The notes: generated from the sequence alone by a model not told the origin. Counted from the stretch's first letter, positions 48,369-59,505 are shown. The stretch: DNA of 64,000 nt from Candidatus Hydrogenedentota bacterium (GCA_024280935.1 JAJRPE010000115.1:12256-76255), one strand, 5' to 3'. A program made the numbers and translations.

Positions 48369-51077
48369 ATGCGACTCGATAAAGCCGACCCCAAATTGAT
48401 GGATTATGTCCTGGGTGAACTGGATACCGAGGAAGCCGAAGCCCTCGCCACCGCCCTGCAAAAAGAAGAAAACAAGGATGCCAAAGCCTTGGTGGAAGAG
48501 CTACGCGGTGTCGCGGAAACGACACGACGAATTCTCCATGAGGATGATGGCGAGCCCGCCCTGAGCGACCTACAGCGTGCCACGATATTCGGGCAGGTGG
48601 AGGAAACACTGGAGAATGTGGTGGCTGGGCCTGCGCGGTGGGGCCGAGTGTCCACATGGCTGACTGTCGCCGCAGCGATTTCCGTTGTCGCGGCATTAGG
48701 TTTTTCCAATGTGGTATACAATTATGCACCATTGGGCATGAAGATGGCCGCCGACTCCCCTCCCCCTCGATTGCCGGGTGATGAGGTCGGGCAGCGCCTA
48801 CGACGCCGCTACATTCAGTCTGAGCACAAGTTACCGCGACTTTCAAACGAGTCGGCCGTACCTGGTGGCAGCGTATTGGTGTCACCTTCGCCCGAACCGG
48901 CTCCCGCAGAAACACCCGCGAAGCCCATTCGGAGCGGCTTCGAAATTCACGATTTGACGATGACCTATGGCACCGACAACCTTTACGCGAAGGAAACGGA
49001 GGTCGCTACTAAAACATCGCCGCCAGCAGCGGCAGATGCACTCTTGGAGTTTGGAATAGAATCGGGTGAGCCGCAAAGTATCGAATTAGGTTCACGGTAC
49101 CTACTTCAAGAACGGACTGACATAGCAGGCCAAAACGGGCCTACACTCGACGGCGTGGGCGTACCCAATGTTGAGCAGCGCACACGGCTGGGCACCAAGG
49201 CAGATTTCACCGATGATGTCTCGGTGTATATCGAGTTTGACGGTTACAACAACTGGGGCGAAACATTCAATGTTGACGTACCAGCCAATCTCCCTATGCG
49301 CACTCCAGCCCTCGAGGAGGAAGACGGGGACGGCTTGGACGTGGGCAACATGTCGAGGAAAGCCAAGCTCTCCAAGCGCATCATCCCAAAGGACGTTGTC
49401 ATCGATGCAGAAACCGCGAGGCAGCTCGAATCCTTGGGATATCTAGACGATAGCCGCTCCCTCGGGGATAAGGTCGCCTCCAAACTGCCCACCGACTGGA
49501 CCCCTCTCGTCGACGTGACCATACCGTTTAACAACGGCCAGTGGCAATGGAACACCCCCGACACAAAAAACACCCAAATCGTGGGCGGACCCGGCTCGGA
49601 GACCTACGTGAAGGTCACGGGTGTGAAGCCCTTCAGCGAGGTGAAGGCGGAGCCCCTCTCCACCTTCAGCATTGATGTGGGCACGGCGGCCTACAGCAAC
49701 GTGCGGCGTTTCCTGACGAACGGCCATATGCCGCCCGCGGATGCGGTCCGTATTGAGGAAATGTTGAACTACTTCGACTACGACTACCCCCAGCCGACGG
49801 ACCACCATCCCTTCGCGGTAGTGGTCCATGGCGCCCCCGCGCCGTGGGACCAAAATCACCGGCTGGTGCGCATCGGCGTGAAGGGCAAGGAAGTGGCCCG
49901 GGAGGAACGTCCCCCGGCGAACCTGGTCTTTCTCCTCGATGTTTCCGGCTCCATGGGCGATGCGAACAAGCTGCCCCTCGTGAAGGAATCCATGAAGACC
50001 CTCCTCATCAACCTCACGCCTCGTGACCGGGTGGGCATCGTCACCTACGCGGGCAATGCGCGGAAGGTCCTCGACCTCACCCCGTGCAGCGAGCGTAGCG
50101 TGATCGCCCAGGCCATTGAGGGCCTCCGTTCCGGCGGCAGCACCAATGGCGGCGGCGGCATCCAGATGGCCTACGACATGGCCCAGTCGGCCTACAATCC
50201 CGAAGGCATTAACCGGGTCATCCTGGCGACGGACGGCGACTTCAACGTGGGCAACACCTCCCACGGTGGACTCATGGGCATGATTGAGGCACGGGCGAAG
50301 TCCGGGGTCTTCCTCACGGCCCTCGGCTTTGGCATGGGCAATCTGAAGGACTCCACCCTGGAGCAACTGGCGGACCGGGGCAATGGAAACTATGCCTACA
50401 TCGACACCCACGCGGAGGCGCGGAAGGCTCTGGGCAGGCAGCTTTCGGGCACGCTTTACACCATCGCGAAGGACGTGAAGATTCAGGTGGAGTTCAATCC
50501 CAACCGGATCTCCCACTACCGTCTGCTGGGCTATGAAAACCGTGCCCTCGCCGCACGAGATTTCAACGACGACACGAAGGATGCGGGCGAGATCGGCGCG
50601 GGCCACACAGTCACGGCGCTGTATGAAATCATTCCCCGTGGCACGGGGCCCATGCCGCTCGGTGTGGACCCGCTGAAATATTCGGAGACGGGCACGCCGG
50701 GAGATACGCTTCAGTCGGGGCCAGAGGTAGCCCTCCCAGCAGGACCCTACCTCGTGGGTGAAGACGGAGTCGCCATCCCCGACCCGGCCTACGAATGGCT
50801 CACGGTGAAGATGCGCTACAAGCAGCCGACCGGCAGCAAAAGCACCAAGCTGGAAGTGCCCCTGCTCCACATCAGCGGCGACCTCCGCGAGACAGACGCG
50901 GATTTCCGCTTCGCCGCCGCCGTGGCCGCCTTTGGACAGGTGCTGCGGAATCCGGGCTACCGCCATCCTGGCAACTTCGACCGCATCCTCGACCTGGCCC
51001 GCCCGGCGACCAAGGGCGACGCCGACCGCGAGGCCTTCCTGGATCTGGTAATTACGGCAAAGACACTCTCGAACTAA
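48369..51077 (+). CDS. Anti-sigma factor N-domain + TM + periplasmic YfbK-like von Willebrand A domain protein
   Basis: N-terminus MRLDKADPKLMDYVLGELDTEEAEALATAL is anti-sigma-like. TM helix TWLTVAAAISVVAALGF. vWA MIDAS motif NLVFLLDVSGSMGD...GGSTNGGGGI...VILATDGDFNVG. YfbK-like C-terminus. Confidence 0.75.
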   Translation: MRLDKADPKLMDYVLGELDTEEAEALATALQKEENKDAKALVEELRGVAETTRRILHEDDGEPALSDLQRATIFGQVEETLENVVAGPARWGRVSTWLTVAAAISVVAALGFSNVVYNYAPLGMKMAADSPPPRLPGDEVGQRLRRRYIQSEHKLPRLSNESAVPGGSVLVSPSPEPAPAETPAKPIRSGFEIHDLTMTYGTDNLYAKETEVATKTSPPAAADALLEFGIESGEPQSIELGSRYLLQERTDIAGQNGPTLDGVGVPNVEQRTRLGTKADFTDDVSVYIEFDGYNNWGETFNVDVPANLPMRTPALEEEDGDGLDVGNMSRKAKLSKRIIPKDVVIDAETARQLESLGYLDDSRSLGDKVASKLPTDWTPLVDVTIPFNNGQWQWNTPDTKNTQIVGGPGSETYVKVTGVKPFSEVKAEPLSTFSIDVGTAAYSNVRRFLTNGHMPPADAVRIEEMLNYFDYDYPQPTDHHPFAVVVHGAPAPWDQNHRLVRIGVKGKEVAREERPPANLVFLLDVSGSMGDANKLPLVKESMKTLLINLTPRDRVGIVTYAGNARKVLDLTPCSERSVIAQAIEGLRSGGSTNGGGGIQMAYDMAQSAYNPEGINRVILATDGDFNVGNTSHGGLMGMIEARAKSGVFLTALGFGMGNLKDSTLEQLADRGNGNYAYIDTHAEARKALGRQLSGTLYTIAKDVKIQVEFNPNRISHYRLLGYENRALAARDFNDDTKDAGEIGAGHTVTALYEIIPRGTGPMPLGVDPLKYSETGTPGDTLQSGPEVALPAGPYLVGEDGVAIPDPAYEWLTVKMRYKQPTGSKSTKLEVPLLHISGDLRETDADFRFAAAVAAFGQVLRNPGYRHPGNFDRILDLARPATKGDADREAFLDLVITAKTLSN

Positions 51078-51078
51078 G

Positions 51079-51420
51079 GGGACTGCCTCGCCCAAGGCCA
51101 CGTAGCTCAGGGGTATGGGCTACGTGGCCAGCAACACAGTTTCAGGTTGGGGGCTGCTCGGTCAACAGGCGGGGCTGTCCCCAGAACAAAAGGCGGCGGA
51201 AGGAATTGGGACAGCCCCGCCTATTGAAGTCCTCTCCATAGTTTTAGCGAGCTTGCTCGCCAAAACGCACACCTCCCTTCCACAACACAGGCTTGGGCGA
51301 GGCAGTCCCCGGGACTGCCTCGCCCAAGGCCACGTAGTTCAACAAGATAAGCTACGTGGCCAACGGCACCGTTTCAGGTTGGGGGCTGCTCGGTCAACAG
51401 GCGGGGCTGTCCCCAGAACA
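51079..51420. repeat. Third REP/BIME cluster of the RAYT-associated family, with a head-to-head REP pair at 51296-51330 and a gaatagtgaatt microrepeat at 51420-51470
   Basis: ggggactgcctcgcccaaggccacg appears twice. gggcgaggcagtccccgggactgcctcgccc is an inverted dimer. Confidence 0.8.
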
Positions 51421-51980
51421 CACGCAAATTGAATTGAGAATAGTGAATTTTGAATAGTGAATTGAATCAGCAGACTCGTGACCCCAAGCGCGCTGCTTCA
51501 GCAAGATAGGCTGCAAGGGAAAGTAGGACAGCCGTCTGTCACGACAGGCGAGATGCCTGTCCTACATTCTTGTACAAGCGCGCACCAATACAACAAGGCC
51601 AACTCCGCAACAGTGTGCTGTCTCCAGACGGTGTCCCAGAACACACCAGCAGGTGGCGCATGGGACGGACTCGCGCCCATGACATTGGGTCTCGAAACGG
51701 ATACGTCTTGGCTAGCCGGACACCGCAATCTGGGCAAAAACCGTAGATGCGCGTGCCCGTCCCGGTGGAGTTTTGGGAAGAGTCCTTTGTCAGACCGATG
51801 CCACACACCCTGTCCCATCGGGACATGCCCCCGCGTTATGGCGCGACCATAGTACACCCGGCACTGAATTCAATCCGCGCCACACATATTCGCCATCGCG
51901 TCGTCCTGCGGGGGTACGTCCCTGAGCGCTGTATTTCCATAAATGGCGGTCGATAAAGGAGGGAGACCTCTTCCCAGCTC

Positions 51981-53282
51981 TCACTCGCCTTCCACCAATT
52001 CGCCCAACAACATAATCGCGCCCGCGTACCAGCGTGTGCCGTCAAAGCGGGCTGGGTTGTCCATAGTGTTTCCGTTCTTGCTCAGGATAGCCACCTTGTC
52101 GGGCTGTTCGGGATGAATCTCTACCGTCACCCTGTGAACGTCATCAGGCAGATCGGCGGCGAGTTTCAGGGTCGCGAGTCGGTGGTAGGTGCAATAGGCG
52201 TCGAAGCGAGGTTTTATCACGGGCGCTTCATCGTCCACGCGCACGATCATCTGGCCGCAATCGGGACCGAGGATATCGTAAATCGCGGCATAGATTCCCT
52301 TGAAGGAAAAGCTCATGGTTTCGCCGGGGGTGCTGGCCTGCCACATTCGGGGCATCCGGTTTTGGAAACGCTTGGCGATATCGTTCTCTTCTGGTTTCAA
52401 TTCCTCCCAGCCCGCGCTCAGCATAGCCCGGTCCAAGGGAATCATGATGGCATTCTCCCAATTATCCGCAACATAAGGAGCGGGCAATTCGTGGGGACCA
52501 GGCTCCCCCGCCTTCTTGATAGATTTCATCGAGCGCGCTACGGCATCAAGATAGAGCACGTGCCCACCCTCGGGATAGGGATGGACGCCATCGCCGGAAA
52601 ACAGCACCTTTCCTGCGAGGGCTTCCCTCTCTGCCTCGGTCTTCGGCTTTGGCCCCTTGAATACCACCGTACCCGCTTCCTCCATGCACGCCACCTCCAG
52701 GCCCATGTGAATCGAGGGAATCCCATAGTGATCCGCGATGACCTCCATGGCGCTCGCCGCACGGGGGTACTTTCCGCCCTGCAAGTCCTTTAACATGCCC
52801 TGGGTCAGGGTGTAGACAAAGCAAATATCGGTGGAGGGGTTCGCTTGGAAGGTCTTTCGGACGATGCCTTCCATGGACCGATAGATGCTTTCCGGCGGGG
52901 TGCCGCCATCGTTCACCGCGAACTCCACGAAGAGCAAGTCCGGCTTGTGCTGCAACACGTCCTGTTCCAGCCGAAACACGCCAAGGCCCGAACCGGTGCC
53001 ACCAATCGCAGCGTTGATTTGGGAGACTTTCGCCTTGGGGTACTGATCTTGAAACCAAGCCAGCGTCTTGGGCCGCCAACCGGGCTGGGCGGTGATGCTT
53101 CCGCCAAGATAGCCGATGCGGACTGTCTCCCCCGCTTCGAGCTTGGCGAAGAAATTTGGCAGGCCGTCGCGGACGGTAGACTCGACCGCATCGCGAAGTC
53201 GATAGGCGGTCTTCTCTTCCGCGCCCTGCGCGACCAAAGTGAGCAACATCATCAACACGAACAAGAAACAGCGATTTGTCAT
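51981..53282 (-). CDS. Secreted SGNH/GDSL hydrolase family protein (carbohydrate esterase-like)
   Basis: Signal peptide. IGYLGGSITAQPGW is a GDSL block I motif, with a downstream DGVHP-like block V. Confidence 0.65.
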   Translation of the reverse strand: MTNRCFLFVLMMLLTLVAQGAEEKTAYRLRDAVESTVRDGLPNFFAKLEAGETVRIGYLGGSITAQPGWRPKTLAWFQDQYPKAKVSQINAAIGGTGSGLGVFRLEQDVLQHKPDLLFVEFAVNDGGTPPESIYRSMEGIVRKTFQANPSTDICFVYTLTQGMLKDLQGGKYPRAASAMEVIADHYGIPSIHMGLEVACMEEAGTVVFKGPKPKTEAEREALAGKVLFSGDGVHPYPEGGHVLYLDAVARSMKSIKKAGEPGPHELPAPYVADNWENAIMIPLDRAMLSAGWEELKPEENDIAKRFQNRMPRMWQASTPGETMSFSFKGIYAAIYDILGPDCGQMIVRVDDEAPVIKPRFDAYCTYHRLATLKLAADLPDDVHRVTVEIHPEQPDKVAILSKNGNTMDNPARFDGTRWYAGAIMLLGELVEGE

Positions 53283-53922
53283 GGATTTCCTTTAGCTTAT
53301 GTATTTGTAAGCGTTTACGGACAAGGAGATTGGGCATCCCGCACGGCGTTGGACCTCAGGCCCGACATCGGCACGCACAATCACTTGAAACTTGATCGAC
53401 AAAACATCATGCGCTGTGCGTGGCGTTCAACGTCTTCAGCAGAAAGCCGAAATGCACTTTCCAGACCCATCGTGCGCCCTATGTCGGCCAAGATGGTCAA
53501 CCTCCTTGTCGGCGGTGCTCAGCGTAGGCCGTGAACGCTTACATGTGACTATTACAACTGGCGCGCAAGCAATGTGCTTACGCCCAACACGCTATTACGA
53601 GATCCACGTGTGATTCCCAAGCACCGCACGTTAAAACGTCAGGCTGGAACCCTAAGCTACGTGCGCACGCACGCAAGTGATCCTGGCCCTTTCGACCAAA
53701 GGGTATTCACCGCCTCATGGACAAATAGAATTGTGGTGATTGCCGCGTTCGCGCCGATGACGATCTTGGATTGTGGGCAACAGTAGCCTTGGGCCTCTCA
53801 GGGCTTTACCCGTGAAGTGACCTGCCGGCAGAGAAGGGAACTGGAGACACCGGTCTTACACGGGTGACTCTCGCTGGCATCACGCGGCCCTTGTTGCGGA
53901 CTGGAAAGTCCGCACGCCTGTC

Positions 53923-54876
53923 TTACATATGAATGAGCACCTTCATCACACCAGGTTCCCCGGCCCGAGCTAGGGCCTGATCGGCATCGCTCAAGGAAAA
54001 GGTATCTGTGACCATAGGGCGTACGCCCACATTCCCCAAGCTCAGGGCCTCCAGGGCAGGACGAAAAGGGCCGCATCGTGAACCGATAATCTTGATCTCG
54101 TTGATAACCGGACCGCTAAGCTCCAGGGCCGTGGGATGGGCCACCGTTGTCTTGAGTACCACGGTCCCCTCGGGCCGCACCAATTCCAGAGCCCGCTCAA
54201 AGCCCTGGTGGGATCCGGTGGCCTCCACCACCACATCCGCCCCGCGCATGAGGGGTTCGTCCGCGAAGGCGGTCTTAATGCCCAGATCACTGAGGAGCTT
54301 CAATTTCCAGGCATGTTTGCCCACGCACACCAAGTTCTTGGTATGAAGCCAAAGCACCTGGGCGCAGAGCTGCCCCAGCTTTCCATCCCCCAGGATGACG
54401 ACACGATCATCGTCGTTTATCTTGACCTGCTCGGTTATTCGGAAGGCGGCCGCCGTTGGTTCGGTAAAAACAGCCACGTCATCCCGCGCCGATGCGGGTG
54501 CCAGGTGCAGGTTTTCCTCGGGCAGGGTCAGATAGTCCGCGAAAGCACCGTTTCGATTGAGGATGCCCAAGACAGAGCGATCCAGGCAGTGATGGGGCAT
54601 TTCCATCCGGCAGTAGTGGCATTGGTGGCAAACGCAGTTAATTTCGCCAACTACCCGTTTGCCAATGAGATGGGGATTGGCGGCGTGCTCCACGATGCCC
54701 ACAAATTCGTGGCCCAGGGTTCCCGAGAAATTCATGTAGCCCCGGGCCAGTTCCAGATCCGTATTGCAAACACCCGCAACCAGTACTTTCACCAGCGCTT
54801 CGCCCTTGCCCGGCTCGGGTTCGGGAACTTCGCGTACCTGCACCTCTCCCCCGTCTGACAACACCAACGCCCGCAT
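53923..54876 (-). CDS. Zinc-dependent alcohol dehydrogenase (MDR family)
   Basis: MRALVLSDGG...VKVLVAGVCNTDLE...GHEFVGIV...CHQCHYCR (structural Zn) ...VVILGDGKLG (Rossmann). Confidence 0.85.
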   Translation of the reverse strand: MRALVLSDGGEVQVREVPEPEPGKGEALVKVLVAGVCNTDLELARGYMNFSGTLGHEFVGIVEHAANPHLIGKRVVGEINCVCHQCHYCRMEMPHHCLDRSVLGILNRNGAFADYLTLPEENLHLAPASARDDVAVFTEPTAAAFRITEQVKINDDDRVVILGDGKLGQLCAQVLWLHTKNLVCVGKHAWKLKLLSDLGIKTAFADEPLMRGADVVVEATGSHQGFERALELVRPEGTVVLKTTVAHPTALELSGPVINEIKIIGSRCGPFRPALEALSLGNVGVRPMVTDTFSLSDADQALARAGEPGVMKVLIHM

Positions 54877-54930
54877 TAAACAGTCTCCTTCGTGACATCC
54901 TGCATTCAAACCCTGTACGCGTTCACGATT

Positions 54931-55068
54931 CGCTACGGGTGCCACGGACAAGGGGCGACAGCCCTTGCCCGTGTTTGGAAAACATATTCAACAGACAAGA
55001 AGCAAGTTTTCGGTCGATCCCATGTTCCGCATGGGCAAGCCCCACAGGGCTTGTCCGTGGCACCCAGA
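54931..55068 (+). repeat. Family 3 MITE copy
   Basis: cgctacgggtgccacggacaaggggcgacagcccttgtccgtg...gggcttgtccgtggcacccagagg. Confidence 0.75.
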
Positions 55069-55262
55069 GGTTATTTCTTGTAACTGAGGCTAATCTATGT
55101 CGTGAACGCTTACAAAACCCTATGGCAGCTATTCAACCCTATTGGGGAGCTATAATCAAGTCAGTGAAGAATGATATTTACCCCGGAAAGAATAGAAAAC
55201 GAATGGATGACGGAGGAACATGGTCACTTCGTTCCCATCACAGGCGAGACGCCTGTGCCACC

Positions 55263-56612
55263 CTATTTTTTAATCGCATAGACACGGGTCGATGTCCGCA
55301 GCAGGAGTGTGCCATCGACGATGGCGGGGGTCGCCATGCCCATATTCCCTTCGCCGAGCTCGTTGCTTGCGAGTAACTCAAAAGTATCCCCTGCCTTCAG
55401 CACGAAGGTCGTTCCGTCTTCGTTCAGGCAGAATATGCGGTCGTCACTGGCCCAGGGAGAAGCGGTAAAACCCGCGCCTTTCGGCAGGCGTTCCTTTTCG
55501 TAAATCACGGAACCATCGGCAGCGTTGAAACAACTCACCTGTCCCCGGTCATAGAGCACGTAAAGCCGTTCCTTGTAGAGAAGGGTCGAGGGGTTGTAGG
55601 GGGAGGCCATGGGCCTACACCACGCAACACTGTCGTTGCTGAGTTCGCCTTCGGCCAGGGAAATATCTCCCTCGGCCCCAGCACGGATGGCGTAAATGGG
55701 ACGGGCCTTGCGGTCCCCCACATAGCCGGAACTGAAATAGAGGGTATCGCCTTCGGCAAAAGGTGTGGCTATGGTGATGCTGGACATGCCCCGGAGCTGC
55801 CAGAGCAGCTTGCCATCCAAGTCGTAGGACCGCACCGCATCCGTGCCGAGCGTAACGATTTCTTCGCGATGCGAGTTTTTCCAGACATAAGGCGTAGACC
55901 AATTGCTATCCTCTTCGCGGGCAACGCGCCAGACTTCCTTGCCGGTCATCTTATCCAGGGCAAGAAGCCAGGAGTCCTCATCGTTGTCATTCAGCAGGTA
56001 GAGACGGTCTCCATGAAGTATGGGCGAAGCGGCCGTCCCCCAGCCAAAGCGCATCTTCCGGTCATCAAAACGTTTCTCCCAGATGGTTTTTCCCTCAAAA
56101 TCAAGGCAGAACACACCCACACCGCCAAAGTACACGTAGAGGTGTTCCCCATCGGTCACGGGCGTTTCCGAAGCGTAGCTGTTCTTCAGGTGAATGGGAG
56201 CCACGGGCGCTCCAGCATGAACCTCCCGTTCCCAGCGCACTGCGCCAGTTTCCAAGTCCAGCGCATAGACCTTCCACTGGTGGACAGACTCCGAGACTTT
56301 TAGCCGATTGCCTCCGAAGTAAAGTCCTTTCTTCGGGGCTTCGGATTCGCCTTGATTGACCACGGTCGTAATGAAAACGTACTTATTCCACACCACGGGC
56401 GATGACCAGCCCCGTCCTGGGATTGGGGCCTTCCATGCCACATGCTCCGTGGCCGACCAGGTCGTGGGAATGTCCGCGCCATCGGCCACGCCCCGTGCGC
56501 CCGGCCCCCGAAATTGCGCCCAATTATCCGCATAGGAAGCGCTAGTAAAGACCGCTGTGGCGGCCAGCAACACGAGTGCTGCTGCTTGTCCAAAAAACAC
56601 CGATTTGATCAT
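55263..56612 (-). CDS. Secreted PQQ-like beta-propeller repeat protein
   Basis: ATG at 56612 with an AAGGAG RBS. Signal peptide. Repeated W-x-motif blades (NWAQFRGPGARG, VAWKAPIPGRGWSSPVV, and others). Confidence 0.6.
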   Translation of the reverse strand: MIKSVFFGQAAALVLLAATAVFTSASYADNWAQFRGPGARGVADGADIPTTWSATEHVAWKAPIPGRGWSSPVVWNKYVFITTVVNQGESEAPKKGLYFGGNRLKVSESVHQWKVYALDLETGAVRWEREVHAGAPVAPIHLKNSYASETPVTDGEHLYVYFGGVGVFCLDFEGKTIWEKRFDDRKMRFGWGTAASPILHGDRLYLLNDNDEDSWLLALDKMTGKEVWRVAREEDSNWSTPYVWKNSHREEIVTLGTDAVRSYDLDGKLLWQLRGMSSITIATPFAEGDTLYFSSGYVGDRKARPIYAIRAGAEGDISLAEGELSNDSVAWCRPMASPYNPSTLLYKERLYVLYDRGQVSCFNAADGSVIYEKERLPKGAGFTASPWASDDRIFCLNEDGTTFVLKAGDTFELLASNELGEGNMGMATPAIVDGTLLLRTSTRVYAIKK

Positions 56613-56640
56613 AATTTCTCCTTGGGCCAGACGGCGCACC

Positions 56641-57450
56641 TCAGCCTTCTGCGTCTTTGGTCTCTACATTCCGGTAGTCCTGCCAGATGCGTCCATATTC
56701 CACAGTGGGAACGGGACCCACGGGATTGTGCTTGTACTGATCGACACCCCGGCAATGATAGGTCTTGAAATTGGGATTCACCGACAAGTCGCACTTCACG
56801 TTGGTCTTGGAATAACGAATGGTAAACCCAACGCGGGGCCGATCCGAGTTGTTCCCGAGGGAACCGTGGATTATCTTGTCGTCATGAATTGAAATCTGAC
56901 CCGCCTTGAGCTTCATGAACACCGCCGTATCTTCCGTGTACGCTGCCGTCTCACAGCGCAAGGTAAGCACGGAGTTCGCGTCCGCATCTTGCGTATGTTG
57001 GATGATCCCCCCCTTATGCGACTTGGGAATCACGCGCATGGCACCGTTTTCTTCGTCGCTGTCGCTAAAGGCCAGCCAGACGGTGCAGGAATCGGGCGGT
57101 GTCAGGGGCCAGTAGTAGGAATCCTGGTGCCAATCCACCGTATCGGGGCTGTTCGGATCTTTGATGAAAAAGCTGCTGGCCCACATGAAAAAATCGGGGC
57201 CGATAAGATCCTCCACGTAATCAAGAATCTGGGGGTGCATACAAATATCGAAAAGGAAAGTGCTGTTCTGATGCCACTCGCGGATTTCCAGGGGACGTTC
57301 GTCGCCTTCGAGGAGTGCAAGGATTTCCTTGATGCCCGTGTTGAGACGTGTGACACCCGACGCATCGTAGACGGGTGGCAACCCCGTCAGGTAACCATTC
57401 TCGTGATAGGACTGCTGCTGCTCTTTGGTGAGACGTTTGTTGGACACACG
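56641..57450 (-). CDS. Phytanoyl-CoA dioxygenase (PhyH) family Fe(II)/2-oxoglutarate oxygenase
   Basis: LTKEQQQSYHENGYL...HQDSYYWPL...VWLAFSDSDEENGAMRVIPKSHK. The start is probably a GTG near 57450; the track ORF extends to 57561. Confidence 0.6.
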   Translation of the reverse strand, partial: RVSNKRLTKEQQQSYHENGYLTGLPPVYDASGVTRLNTGIKEILALLEGDERPLEIREWHQNSTFLFDICMHPQILDYVEDLIGPDFFMWASSFFIKDPNSPDTVDWHQDSYYWPLTPPDSCTVWLAFSDSDEENGAMRVIPKSHKGGIIQHTQDADANSVLTLRCETAAYTEDTAVFMKLKAGQISIHDDKIIHGSLGNNSDRPRVGFTIRYSKTNVKCDLSVNPNFKTYHCRGVDQYKHNPVGPVPTVEYGRIWQDYRNVETKDAEG

Positions 57451-57773
57451 GCTTCTCCTGTTGCTGCCAAGGCCATGTACACAGCATAGCCCAGCACCGC
57501 CTCCACCGCAAGTTTGACCGATTCTCGCGCCGCACTGAGGGACGTACCCCCGCAAAGGCACGTCACAGTAACAGCATGTGCCACGCGGCCCGTGTCGAAT
57601 GCCAAAAGCAAGGCGGCCTTCGAGAACGCGGGGGCATGTCCCGGCAGAACAGGGTGTGATTTGGCGGTCTAACTAGACGAAGTCTTCGAGGGGTCCACGG
57701 GACAGGCACGCGCATCAACGGCTTCCACACCGATCACGGCTTCCCGCTCGACGACACGCACCCCGCCCAATGA

Positions 57774-59342
57774 CTATTGCCGGGAGCGCGAGTCCGTCCC
57801 CTTCCTCCCCGAAGCCTCACCCAAGCGGCGTTGCAACTGGGCCTCGTGGATATTCAACGGTTCCACGGTGCCTACACCGTTGTGCTCGTACCAGCGCGCC
57901 TTCGGATCGGTCGCTTCCGGCACGTCCATCACCACACCGACAAAGTTCATAGACCACGGTCCGAAATTCTTGCCTGGCGGTTTGATGGGCTGCGCCGCAC
58001 GGATATTCCAGAAGGTCCCCCGTGCGCCACAGTGGGCACCGAGGGCCTTGCCCCCACCGGACTGCCACGTGGCGCCGCCCGCGCCAGTGTCGATGTTGGT
58101 GTAAAGATTCTCGTAGGGCGCACGGCAGTGATGATCAAAGGACAGGTTACGTCCCCGTCCGTTGGAATAGACATTTCCCGCACTGCCGCTCACGGCGATA
58201 TCGTGGATGAATTTCCCTTGGAAATTAAAGCGTGTACACACATTATCGTTCCCCAAGATAATTCCATGGTGCCCTTGAGCCTGACGAGCCATCTTTGGCT
58301 CCGGTGCACGATCAGATGTAAATGTGATCCCGTCGATTGTATTGAACGAACCCGAGACGAAGCCGCCGCTGTCCCCGTTGTGGATGTGGACATTCCGAAC
58401 CCAACAGTTCGACACCTGCCCCAGCGCGAAGGCGTTGAAACCCAGCTCCGTAAAGTGGCCGCCGTAGGGCGTATTCGGAAATTCAAAACGAAGGTTTTCG
58501 ATGCCACTCTCCGTCACCGTGGGCGCGAAGCGGTGTACAGCAGGCTTCCACCCCAGGCGAATGTCAAAACGCAGGGTGCGATCCAACGTAATGTTCTTGC
58601 CGTCGATGGCTGTAATCCGGGCAACCAGCGATGCCCGTGTCCGCCCCTTCAAATTTACGATGCTCGTTCGGGGATCCTCGGCGTAGAGGTGCATCGCAAG
58701 GGTATTCTCTTCATCGTCTTGAAGGCGCAGATCGACCTCTTGCCCGATGCTGAAACCTGTGGTATTGTCCACGGTGACAACACGCCCGCCGCGTTGGGCC
58801 GGGGCCGCAATCGCGGCAAGCTGCTTCCCTTGGTAGCTCCCGCGAATCGCGATGAATCCGCCGGACCAGGAGTAGTTCGATGTGCGGCGGCCACCGGTGG
58901 TTGCGCCCCAATTCGGTTTGATCTCGTTCAGCGGCGTGGGAAAGTAGAGTACGGTCTTTTCCGGCCCATCACCCCGGAGTACCAGGTTCGGCTTGTCGAT
59001 GATCAGCATTTTCGTGATGACGTAGCGTCCTTCTGGAATCAGAATCACGCCCGACTCCACAGCCGCTATCGCACGAATAAAGGCATCGCTATCGTCGTGT
59101 TCCCCATCGCCGACCGCGCCAAAGTCCCGGACATTGTGGGTGACGAGGGGCGTGGGAATGGGTGCCTCACCGCGCTGGTAGCCAGCGAAAGAAAAATCCG
59201 GCAAACGGCCCTCGGGCGACCAAAGTTCTCCCTGCGCGCCCCAGAGCTTGGATTGGGTCTTCTCGGCCGCGTCGATTGGTGCCGCTACGGCCCCCTGTAT
59301 GAAAAACACCACAAATATTAGCATTAAAAACTTCTTCAACAC
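57774..59342 (-). CDS. Secreted right-handed beta-helix protein, Pectate_lyase_3 / GH28-related
   Basis: Signal peptide. NVRDFGAVGDGEHDDSDAFIRAI is the N-terminal signature of the PF12708 family. The 514-aa plus-strand ORF here is antisense. Confidence 0.6.
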   Translation of the reverse strand: MLKKFLMLIFVVFFIQGAVAAPIDAAEKTQSKLWGAQGELWSPEGRLPDFSFAGYQRGEAPIPTPLVTHNVRDFGAVGDGEHDDSDAFIRAIAAVESGVILIPEGRYVITKMLIIDKPNLVLRGDGPEKTVLYFPTPLNEIKPNWGATTGGRRTSNYSWSGGFIAIRGSYQGKQLAAIAAPAQRGGRVVTVDNTTGFSIGQEVDLRLQDDEENTLAMHLYAEDPRTSIVNLKGRTRASLVARITAIDGKNITLDRTLRFDIRLGWKPAVHRFAPTVTESGIENLRFEFPNTPYGGHFTELGFNAFALGQVSNCWVRNVHIHNGDSGGFVSGSFNTIDGITFTSDRAPEPKMARQAQGHHGIILGNDNVCTRFNFQGKFIHDIAVSGSAGNVYSNGRGRNLSFDHHCRAPYENLYTNIDTGAGGATWQSGGGKALGAHCGARGTFWNIRAAQPIKPPGKNFGPWSMNFVGVVMDVPEATDPKARWYEHNGVGTVEPLNIHEAQLQRRLGEASGRKGTDSRSRQ

Positions 59343-59505
59343 AGCAATTTCCCGTCATCAGTATGTGTAAATTTTCAAGTCAGGCAAAGGCACCTTGTTA
59401 TGGTACCAAGATGAAATCAAGAAAAGAAGCTCTGGCGAATTCCTGAACACGTCTGCTATGCTGTGAAAGCCTTATTTTACCACCCTCTGAAGGAGGAGCG
59501 ACCTC

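Noticed and set aside
49443-51101. 552-aa minus-strand ORF
   Set aside because: It is antisense to the vWA/anti-sigma gene, which has a clear MIDAS motif. It arises from high GC and has no recognisable domains.
57777-59321. 514-aa plus-strand ORF almost co-extensive with the minus-strand 522-aa ORF
   Set aside because: The minus-strand product has a signal peptide and the NVRDFGAVGDGEHDD Pectate_lyase_3 signature. The plus-strand product is Arg/Pro-rich with no motifs.
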